A stretch of DNA of 14,318 bases from Candidatus Micrarchaeota archaeon. Its GTDB lineage: Archaea; B1Sed10-29; JAJSAI01. How positions within the stretch are numbered: position 1 is the first letter of the stretch; each line of letters begins with the position of its first letter. A model generated the notes under the pieces. That model saw nothing but the letters and a program-made list of their open reading frames with translations, ran no database searches and was not told the DNA's origin. This document shows, piece by piece, positions 1 through 6,827 of the stretch. The stretch spans positions 22,898 through 37,215 of the forward strand of contig CAZVAJ010000009.1 of assembly GCA_964625085.1 (NCBI GenBank), read 5' to 3'. Position numbers and translations under genes: made by a program.

Positions 1-28
1 GGAAAAGAGAGGAAAGGGTTGCGCGAAC

Positions 29-63
29 AGCCTGTAACCTGGGTTCGAATCCCGGCGGGGGCG
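29..63 (+). tRNA. tRNA 3' half only (approx. positions 38-73), Asp/Glu-like; 5' half not in window
   Basis: A-GCCTG (3' anticodon stem), TAAC (4-nt variable loop), CTGGG-TTCGAAT-CCCGG (T arm), CGGGGGC (3' acceptor strand), G discriminator, then a T-tract. No encoded CCA. Bases 1-28 cannot form the 5' anticodon stem (CAGGC is needed) or a D arm. Isotype inferred from resemblance to archaeal Asp/Glu 3' halves. Confidence 0.7.
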
Positions 64-72
64 TTTTTTTTT
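64..72 (+). terminator. oligo(T) archaeal-type terminator after the tRNA 3' end
   Basis: T9 immediately follows the discriminator base; a second T10 tract lies at 139-148. Confidence 0.6.
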
Positions 73-90
73 CTTTGGAGGGAAGAGGGT

Positions 91-118
91 AGAGGGAGAA
101 ACCGTAGGTGTCTCCTCT
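91..118. repeat. imperfect inverted repeat (hairpin) between the two tRNA-end copies
   Basis: AGAGGGAGAAACC-GTA-GGTGTCTCCTCT: 11 pairs with one mismatch and one bulge. Confidence 0.6.
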
Positions 119-172
119 TTCGGATCCCGGCGGGGGCGTTTTTTTTTTGTTTTAATAGTTGTATAATAAAAA

Positions 173-739
173 TTAAAAATCAAGTTTTAATTGTGCAAAA
201 GGATTTTCAAAAGTTAAACCAAATGGAGATCTTTTTTGTTCTTTAGGTTTTGTTTTATTAAAATTTGTACTTTTGTTTATTACTTTTATTTGAAACTGAT
301 TTGAATTCCAAAGGTTATCAGTATTACTTTCTTTTGATACTAAATGTCGAATTTCTTCTTCAGTATATTTATTTACTTTTCCAACTAGTACAATAATTAT
401 TCCTTCAGTGTATTCCTTTTTGTATCGTATTATTTGGCCGTAAAGTCTATCTATTTGAGATTTAGATTTTATATCCTTTTTTAATTCAATACCTACCTTC
501 TTTTCACCTATTGCAATGTCACAAAGTCCTCTCCCATCTTCTTTCTTGACAAGGCCTCTTTCGGTTTCATTGAATATGCTTCCGCCCCAGAGCCCAGAAC
601 GTCTGTTGGGATTATTCAAATTTTCATAAAGAAAGTCCCTTAGATCATCCCTATACTGTAATTCCCTGGAGTATGCTTTTTTTGGCTGCCATTGCTTGAT
701 GATGTCTATGCATTCGTCGAATAGAGTTGGTTCAAACAT
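173..739 (-). CDS. putative PD-(D/E)XK (restriction endonuclease-like) nuclease, 188 aa
   Basis: Motifs RELQYRDDL, CDIAI, GIELKK (D...ExK) and GQIIRY (QxxxY-like helix). Start reassigned to ATG 739 (MFEPTLF), which has GGAGA just upstream; the longer ORF to 910 overlaps dys in another frame. Confidence 0.65.
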   Translation of the reverse strand: MFEPTLFDECIDIIKQWQPKKAYSRELQYRDDLRDFLYENLNNPNRRSGLWGGSIFNETERGLVKKEDGRGLCDIAIGEKKVGIELKKDIKSKSQIDRLYGQIIRYKKEYTEGIIIVLVGKVNKYTEEEIRHLVSKESNTDNLWNSNQFQIKVINKSTNFNKTKPKEQKRSPFGLTFENPFAQLKLDF

Positions 740-774
740 ATGCTTGTCTCCATTTACTTTCTTAAATTTTTGGT

Positions 775-1689
775 TTACAATATCCTGCTCACGACGAGGG
801 GCAGGTTCACGGTCGCGTCTCCTTCTACTGTCACGTATCTTGCTTTTGCTTTGAGTTTTCCCCAGCTTATCGCTTCTCTCATCCTGGCTCCTGAAAGGCT
901 TCCGTCCCATTCAGGAGCGCTGGTCAGGTAAACCGCGTAGTCCAAACCGTCCTTGAACTGGTTCCACCATATCACGTGATGTTTTGAGATGCCTCCGCCT
1001 ATCATCAGCGCGCCTGTTACAGGATGGTCGAAAACGATGTCAGAGAGCTTTTTCTCGTCCTTTAGCACGTTCACCCTGAAGTCAGGATGATCCTGGGAAA
1101 ACATTAACAGGTGCGTGCCTATAGCACCGTCTGTTATTCCAGGAATAAACACAGGAATCTTGTGCTTCCACGCCTGCCAGCATATCGTGTTTTTAGGCAT
1201 TCTTTTCCCGAACTCCCAGACAAGCTCGTGGGTGCTGAGCTCTTTCTTGCCTTCCTCATAGATTTCCTGAAGCCACTGCATGACCCTTTTTTCGACCTCG
1301 TCACCGTAAACGCTCGCGGGCACGAGCACGTTCCCAAGCCGAGAGTATCCTCTTTCTTTTACTTCTGCATCATCAAGCATGAAGTTTCCGTGATAGTATG
1401 CTCCATAAGCCCTTGCTATGTCATGATCAAGTGTTCCGCATGTGGTTAGCACTGTGTTAAACTTCTCATTTTTTAGGAGCTGGATCAGTGTTCCTCTCAA
1501 CCCTGTTGAAACAACGCATGCTGGAAAGGACAAAAAGTTGTAACAATCCTCCTGTTCAGTCATTTCGTACACGATGTCAGCAGCTTTAGCCAGTTTTCTG
1601 GCAACAAAGCCCCCTGTTTTATTCCAATTGTTCAGGAGTTCTTCCAGGCTTGTTTTTCCATTAACAGTGTAATCTTCTACCTTCCGCGT
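775..1689 (-). CDS. dys: deoxyhypusine synthase (aIF5A modification), about 304 aa
   Basis: Motifs GGFVARKL, STGLRG, TTCGTLDHD, RLGNV, PGITDGAIG, IGGGISKHH, DGSLSGAR and EAISWGK (catalytic Lys). The frame is open 39 codons upstream of the listed GTG 1572 with DHS-like sequence; proposed start ACG 1689 is uncertain. Confidence 0.96.
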   Translation of the reverse strand, partial: TRKVEDYTVNGKTSLEELLNNWNKTGGFVARKLAKAADIVYEMTEQEDCYNFLSFPACVVSTGLRGTLIQLLKNEKFNTVLTTCGTLDHDIARAYGAYYHGNFMLDDAEVKERGYSRLGNVLVPASVYGDEVEKRVMQWLQEIYEEGKKELSTHELVWEFGKRMPKNTICWQAWKHKIPVFIPGITDGAIGTHLLMFSQDHPDFRVNVLKDEKKLSDIVFDHPVTGALMIGGGISKHHVIWWNQFKDGLDYAVYLTSAPEWDGSLSGARMREAISWGKLKAKARYVTVEGDATVNLPLVVSRIL

Positions 1690-2537
1690 ATTCTTCGCCT
1701 CCTAAGTTTGCCTTTTTCGTACCTGTAAACAGGCCTTCTTTTTAGGCTGGTGATGTTTCTTCCTTTTGTGCGGAACACTTCTTTAAACCTTGCTTTAATT
1801 CCTGGGAAAAGCCTTCCCATCTCCTCAAGGGCTTTTTCAACCCGTTTTGTTTCTATTGCTGCTCCTGCTTCTCCAGCCATTTTCCTGCCGGACCAGTCTC
1901 CCCACCGTTCTCTGAACGTTTTTTCCAGCCTGAGGCTCTCTTCCTTTGTCTGTTTCCTGAGCTCTTCTATCCTCTGTCTGCTTACCCCAAGCTCTTCCAG
2001 TTCTTCTTCCTTTCTCGCAAGTTCATCACGGTATATCTCAGGAGTGTCCTTGCCTTCTTTCACTTTCTTGTACATTAACGTAAGTCTTCCAGCCACAGGG
2101 TGCTCGTAGTACCCAAACGCGTACGAGCGGTAAGGTGTGAGCTCAGAATAATCTGCCATGAACAGGTACTTTGTTCCAGGAGCATTTTTGTCCCCTTCTA
2201 TCATCCTGCGTATTCTGTCTGTCCTGTGCCCAGGAAGTATCCTCTTTAGTATTTCTTCTGTTTTTCTCGCGGACTTTTCTGCATCTTTCACTCCTGAGAC
2301 AGATAAGCCTGAGCGGGTTATGTCATGGTACATTCCAGCTATGAAAATGTCCTGCAGGAGTTCTCTGTCTGTAACGCCTTCCTTGATCGCTTCTTCTACT
2401 GCCTTTTTTCCAGTGTAGTACATGTGGCCTACTGAGTGTGATGGTCCTGGTTTTTTTATGTTTTTAGTCATCAGGGATATTGCGTTTGCTACCGCAAGTT
2501 CTACTTCCCTGCTTTTCAGGACCTGCTCAACTTTCAC
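1677..2537 (-). CDS. HD-superfamily phosphohydrolase-like protein with basic C-terminal tail
   Basis: HSVGH ... IAGMYHDI ... LFMAD motif order. Start GTG 2537 overlaps the cca stop (GTGA) and is preceded by AGGTGG; GTG 2546 is an alternative start. Confidence 0.75.
   Translation of the reverse strand: MKVEQVLKSREVELAVANAISLMTKNIKKPGPSHSVGHMYYTGKKAVEEAIKEGVTDRELLQDIFIAGMYHDITRSGLSVSGVKDAEKSARKTEEILKRILPGHRTDRIRRMIEGDKNAPGTKYLFMADYSELTPYRSYAFGYYEHPVAGRLTLMYKKVKEGKDTPEIYRDELARKEEELEELGVSRQRIEELRKQTKEESLRLEKTFRERWGDWSGRKMAGEAGAAIETKRVEKALEEMGRLFPGIKARFKEVFRTKGRNITSLKRRPVYRYEKGKLRRRRIRGR
1698..1703 (-). promoter_or_regulatory. Shine-Dalgarno AGGAGG for dys
   Basis: Minus strand reads ttAGGAGGcgaagaatACGcggaaggtagaagat, an 8-nt spacer before ACG. 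Confidence 0.6.
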
Positions 2538-3802
2538 CCGTACCACCTGAAGTATTCTTCAAGCGCAGGATGGGGATTATTCAAGCCCCTTTTTATTTTG
2601 GCCTTGCGCGCTCCAGCAAGCCTGCTGGGAATCTCCTCTTCCTTCAGCAGTTTCTTCAAGCAGTCTTCAGCAGTATTGCAGCTTCTTTTTTTCCAGGAGT
2701 AAATCCTGCTCTTGTAGAAGAAGTAGTTTGGATTCTTCTCAATGAATTTCTTTATGTTTTCAGCATCCCACACTTCAGGCCCTCTGTGCTTGCTGTAGTT
2801 GTTGAGTTTTAGAGTATTCAGGTCCAGCACTACAGAGCACCTTGATTTTTCATCAGTCCAGTACGCTGAGCCTAGTACTTCGAATCCCTGCTCTTCTATT
2901 TTTTGGCGTAACATCTTGGCAAGTTTTTCAAGCTGGGCCCAGACTATCTCTTCAACCGTGTCCTTAGGATACTTGAAAACAATCCCCACAATGTTCCTGC
3001 CTTCAATGCTCTTCTTTATGTTAACCGGTTCTTTTTTGAAGAAGAAGTCTTCAGAAGGTGACTCTAAGAATTTTCTGCTTTGCATTATGAACCTGCTTAG
3101 CACGGTTCTGTTCACTGCTGCTGCAACATTCCTATCTGGGTCAACAGGGTCTACTACCACGAGTGCTTCTTTGAACTTTTCAGGGTTTTTGCAGTGTCCT
3201 TTTATGTCTATCACTGTTTTTTGTTTCCATTTTGACGCTGCCTTAAGCAGGTTTTCGAACTTGTCATAGTGTAGTATCAGCAGCTCGCACAAGTATCCTG
3301 AAAACCCCTGAACTTTATGTCCTGCGCCGTACGCGCCCATGTTTTTCAGGAACTGTTTCAGTAGTATGACTTCATCCCGGTGCATTGGGCGCAGGTTCTG
3401 TATCAGGAACTCGTTATGCAATGGCGTCCGGTCTACTGCGGATATTATCCTGTCTTTTGTCTTGTAGCAGGGAACCACTTCTATTATTATCCCTTTCACC
3501 TTTCCTTTCACGTAAGGGTGTTCTGCATAGTGCACTTTAGGCCCATGCCCTCTTAGCACTTTCTTGCCAATCTTAAGCCCTTCCTCTTCCAGTTTCTTCC
3601 GGGAGGTGTTCTGGGGGAAGAAAAAGAATATGTCAATGTCCCTGTCATTTGATAAAAAAGTGCCGCGTGCTCTTGATCCAACGAGCACGGCTTCATACCC
3701 TAGCTTGTTCAGCTTGTTGATTATTTTCTTGGCTATTTCCTGTGTTTTTTTCACTTCCTCTTTTGAGGGCCGTATCTTGCTAAGCACATTTTCGTAGTCC
3801 AT
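2534..3802 (-). CDS. cca: archaeal class I CCA-adding enzyme (tRNA nucleotidyltransferase)
   Basis: LVGSRARGT...DRDIDIF nucleotidyltransferase motif, plus YAEHPYV, VVPCY, SAVDRTPLH, GFSGYLCELL, DPVDPDRNVAAA and HRGP; 422 aa. Confidence 0.97.
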   Translation of the reverse strand: MDYENVLSKIRPSKEEVKKTQEIAKKIINKLNKLGYEAVLVGSRARGTFLSNDRDIDIFFFFPQNTSRKKLEEEGLKIGKKVLRGHGPKVHYAEHPYVKGKVKGIIIEVVPCYKTKDRIISAVDRTPLHNEFLIQNLRPMHRDEVILLKQFLKNMGAYGAGHKVQGFSGYLCELLILHYDKFENLLKAASKWKQKTVIDIKGHCKNPEKFKEALVVVDPVDPDRNVAAAVNRTVLSRFIMQSRKFLESPSEDFFFKKEPVNIKKSIEGRNIVGIVFKYPKDTVEEIVWAQLEKLAKMLRQKIEEQGFEVLGSAYWTDEKSRCSVVLDLNTLKLNNYSKHRGPEVWDAENIKKFIEKNPNYFFYKSRIYSWKKRSCNTAEDCLKKLLKEEEIPSRLAGARKAKIKRGLNNPHPALEEYFRWYG

Positions 3803-3824
3803 CAGAAATATATGCTGACAGAGG

Positions 3825-3851
3825 CATAAAAACGTTTACGAAACATATAAA
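3825..3851. promoter_or_regulatory. divergent archaeal promoters for cca (-) and the ATPase (+)
   Basis: Plus strand: CGAAA (BRE-like, 3839-3843) and TATAAA (3846-3851), 26 nt before ATG 3878. Minus strand: TTTTTATG (3832-3825), 22 nt before ATG 3802. Confidence 0.55.
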
Positions 3852-3877
3852 TTCCCTGTTCTCCTGTAGGAAGGTTA

Positions 3878-5404
3878 ATGGCGAAGCTTCTGTCAGAACG
3901 GGTGATGAGCAAAATATACGAAGGTTACCCTTGGAATAAGTACGAGGTAGTGCTTCCTGAGCTGAACGAGGAGGAACAGAAGTTCTTCTCTTTTGTTGAC
4001 TCTATTCTGAACAAGACACTCACTCCGAAAGAACTTGAGGAAATGTACATTAAAGACAATAAGATGGGCATAATTGCGGAGCTTGTTCAAAAACTGCGGA
4101 CTGACCTTGAACCGTTCAGCAAAGGAATGCTCGGATACGATGAGGAGAAGAAAGCGTATGACCTGGTGTACTCTTTCTTGGACGGCGTTGGAAAAGAATT
4201 CGAACACAGGGACGTGCTAGCGTACCTTATAGCAAATGAGATGATCGGCCTTGGAAAAATCCAAAGACTTCTTGAGGACGATAACCTGGAAGAGATAATG
4301 GTGAATTCCTCGTCAGAGGTATTTGTCTTCGACAGAGAATTTGGACTTTGCCAGACCAACGTGAAGTTTTCTTCTGAGGAAGACCTGATGGAAATTGTGA
4401 ACCGGTTAAAGAATTATTCAGGTATACGACCGGGCTCGGAAGTACCATTCATTGATTCACGGCTTCCGGACGGCAGCAGGATAAACATCACTCTTCCTCC
4501 AGTATCTCCTTTCGGGCCTACTATGACAATAAGAAAGTTCAGAAAAGCGCCCCTTACTATCACGCAGCTCATAGCAAACGGAACAATGACATGTTCTCTT
4601 GCAGCATTCTTGTGGTTGCATGTTGAAGGAATGAAGGTTTATCCCATGAATCTTCTTATTGCAGGAGGCACAAGCTCTGGGAAAACAACAACATTAAACG
4701 CGCTTTCTGTTTTCATACCCCTGTCCGAAAGAGTGATCACGATAGAAGACACGCTGGAGCTTAACCTGTATAACCGGAAGAACTGGGTAAGGCTCGAGGC
4801 AAGGAGGGGTGTGCTGGAAAAAGAAATTGAAATGAACGACTTGCTGAAGAACGCGCTCAGGATGCGGCCTGACAGAATCCTTGTTGGGGAAGTGAGGGGT
4901 GAAGAAGCTTTGACGATGTTTAATGCCATGAACACAGGTCACCAGGGCATGATGGGGACTTTGCATGCTAACACTGCAAGAGAAACAATAACCCGGCTTT
5001 CTGACCCTCCGATGAATGTGCCGCTTTCTATGTTCAGGCTTCTTGACCTAATACTTGTGCAGCAGAGGGTGTACGATCCAGTATCAAAACATCTTGTCAG
5101 AAGAATTGTCCAAGTATCTGAGTCTTCGGTCATGGGAAACACGGTTTCACTAGAGGACATTTTTTCCTGGGACTATGAGAGCAACTCTCTTGAAAGAAGT
5201 TCTATTCCGCCAAGAAATCTTGAGAGACTCGCTCACTTTTCTGGAAAAAGTAAAAAAGAGGTGCTTAAAGAGCTTGACCACAGAAAAAAGATTCTCCTCG
5301 AAATGGTGAAGAAAAGAGTGTTCAACTACTATGACATAAGCAAGGTCATAAACGAGTACTACCGCGACAAGAGGGGAGTTCTTTCTACTGTTTCTTCTTT
5401 ATGA
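3878..5404 (+). CDS. CpaF/TadA/VirB11-family type IV pilus or secretion ATPase
   Basis: LEEIMVN, DSRLPDGSRIN, TIRKF, Walker A GGTSSGKTT, Asp box TIEDTLEL, LRMRPDRILVGEVRGEEA (Walker B) and His box NTGHQGMMGTLHAN. Confidence 0.95.
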   Translation: MAKLLSERVMSKIYEGYPWNKYEVVLPELNEEEQKFFSFVDSILNKTLTPKELEEMYIKDNKMGIIAELVQKLRTDLEPFSKGMLGYDEEKKAYDLVYSFLDGVGKEFEHRDVLAYLIANEMIGLGKIQRLLEDDNLEEIMVNSSSEVFVFDREFGLCQTNVKFSSEEDLMEIVNRLKNYSGIRPGSEVPFIDSRLPDGSRINITLPPVSPFGPTMTIRKFRKAPLTITQLIANGTMTCSLAAFLWLHVEGMKVYPMNLLIAGGTSSGKTTTLNALSVFIPLSERVITIEDTLELNLYNRKNWVRLEARRGVLEKEIEMNDLLKNALRMRPDRILVGEVRGEEALTMFNAMNTGHQGMMGTLHANTARETITRLSDPPMNVPLSMFRLLDLILVQQRVYDPVSKHLVRRIVQVSESSVMGNTVSLEDIFSWDYESNSLERSSIPPRNLERLAHFSGKSKKEVLKELDHRKKILLEMVKKRVFNYYDISKVINEYYRDKRGVLSTVSSL

Positions 5405-6827
5405 TGCCCTGTTGTATCAGATCTCTTACTGCCCAGTCCACAAGCTCTTTAGAATAATGCATCTCCTTTGCGTACTCCTCTACAGAGACCCTCCCTTGTT
5501 TTTGTTTTATTTTTTCAATAACCTCCTGCAACAGCGGGTGGTTCACATCACCCCCTGCCACCTCGTACAACCCATCAATATTGACCGTTATTGCTTTTGG
5601 TTTTTCTTTTGTTCTTGATATAACTGCTTCTGCTTTGTACTTGAAGAAGAGCACTATCACTGTAAAAAGTCCTGCCCCTGCCAGCACGTAATAGATCAGA
5701 TGGCTCGGTTCTTCTGCAGCCGCTGCAATTATCGCAGAATAAAGCTCATTATCAGACGGTTCCACTGGGACAACGTAAAACTCGCCAGCAGGCTCTTCAT
5801 ACACCTTTTCGTATCCTGCTGGCTGTTCTCTTAATCCATTAACAAGGTCAACAGCTTGCCACGCCCCATCAAAAACATCAAGCCAGGCGTAATACTTTCC
5901 TTCTGTGTTTTTTCCCACAACAATCTTGCAGGGTATTCCTGAGTTGATGCACACCTGTTTGCCTATGCATGAAAGGGTTAAGGAGTCGCCCCCAATTTTT
6001 GTCATATCAACATCGTGAAATGAAACAAATTCCACCTCTCTTCCACCCTTTCCCCCAAGCCTAGAGATAAGTTCTGTAATCCTGCCCGGAGCATCAGGTA
6101 TGCTCATGTCAACTTTTCCTGTTGTCTTAACAAGCTTGTTGGACAAGAATCCTTCGTACTCCAGGGGGTAATTTTTTCTCTGGTTTTGTACTAGCGTGAA
6201 CGGTTTCACCCTCAGCCTAAGGGTGGTCTTTGCATTTGTTTTTAACAACACTCTTGTGGATAGTAAGAAAGAGTTGACTCTCACATTGTTGCTTTTTATT
6301 ATTTCAGGGCTAAGGTCCCAGTTTGTTGTTACCACAAGCGCGTCCCCGTCATAATCTAAAGGAATGAATGCAAAAACGCGGTCAGTTGAGTTCTTGTATG
6401 TGGGTACAGAGAAAATGCGGACAGGTTTGTCAAAGTTAAATTGATAAGATACAGTTGCTTCCACGTCAGTCAGGCCGGTAAGCTCCAGCACGCTTTCTGC
6501 ACTTGATTCAGAAAACCGAATGTTTGCATTGGCTTTTACGTACTCCCCACTAAGAGGGGTGGATACTGTCACGGATGTTTTTCCCTGCTGAAAATTTTCC
6601 CTGGAAGGCTTGAGTTCCACAGCGTGTTCATCCCCATTAATGATAATGGATGGATTCAACGTGACCTTTGCCCAAGAATTGAACGTGATGGAATCATTAA
6701 GATCTGGGGGTATAAGCATAGTGTACCTGTCTCCAGACACCACCATGTTACTGCCGTAGTCTCCCACATACGAAAGGCACAGGCCTGTCGGTAAAAGGAC
6801 AGCAAGTAACAGAAACCTTTTCATCAT
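5385..6827 (-). CDS. single-pass membrane protein: signal peptide, extracellular region with degenerate transglutaminase-like domain, TM helix, C-terminal winged-HTH-like domain
   Basis: N-terminus MMKRFLLLAVLLPTGLCLS; GDS...SGIPCKIVVG...YAWLDVFDGAWQAVD matches transglutaminase core spacing; TM LIYYVLAGAGLFTVIVLFF; C-terminus VSVEEYAKEMHYSKELVDWAVRDLIQQGII. Confidence 0.65.
   Translation of the reverse strand: MMKRFLLLAVLLPTGLCLSYVGDYGSNMVVSGDRYTMLIPPDLNDSITFNSWAKVTLNPSIIINGDEHAVELKPSRENFQQGKTSVTVSTPLSGEYVKANANIRFSESSAESVLELTGLTDVEATVSYQFNFDKPVRIFSVPTYKNSTDRVFAFIPLDYDGDALVVTTNWDLSPEIIKSNNVRVNSFLLSTRVLLKTNAKTTLRLRVKPFTLVQNQRKNYPLEYEGFLSNKLVKTTGKVDMSIPDAPGRITELISRLGGKGGREVEFVSFHDVDMTKIGGDSLTLSCIGKQVCINSGIPCKIVVGKNTEGKYYAWLDVFDGAWQAVDLVNGLREQPAGYEKVYEEPAGEFYVVPVEPSDNELYSAIIAAAAEEPSHLIYYVLAGAGLFTVIVLFFKYKAEAVISRTKEKPKAITVNIDGLYEVAGGDVNHPLLQEVIEKIKQKQGRVSVEEYAKEMHYSKELVDWAVRDLIQQGIIKKKQ

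Larger units (their letters stand above)
44..147 (+). repeat. 29-bp direct repeat of the tRNA 3' end plus T-tract (44-72 and 119-147, one mismatch)
   Basis: TTCGAATCCCGGCGGGGGCGTTTTTTTTT versus TTCGGATCCCGGCGGGGGCGTTTTTTTTT, offset 75 nt. Confidence 0.95.

Noticed and set aside
44..148. Possible CRISPR mini-array (repeat-spacer-repeat)
   Set aside because: Only two copies, the repeat is a tRNA 3' end plus poly-T, and no cas genes are present; the HD protein shows no Cas3 context.
19..246. 75-aa ORF with repeated RIPAGAFFF
   Set aside because: The peptide repeat is just the translation of the tRNA-end direct repeat and T-tracts.
740..910. 57-aa N-terminal extension of the nuclease ORF (173..910) overlapping dys
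   Set aside because: It is an alternate-frame read of the conserved dys 3' end and spacer; ATG 739 has its own SD-like GGAGA.
1677..1704. Programmed frameshift fusing the HD protein to DHS
   Set aside because: No slippery heptamer is visible in the overlap; SD plus ACG initiation is simpler.
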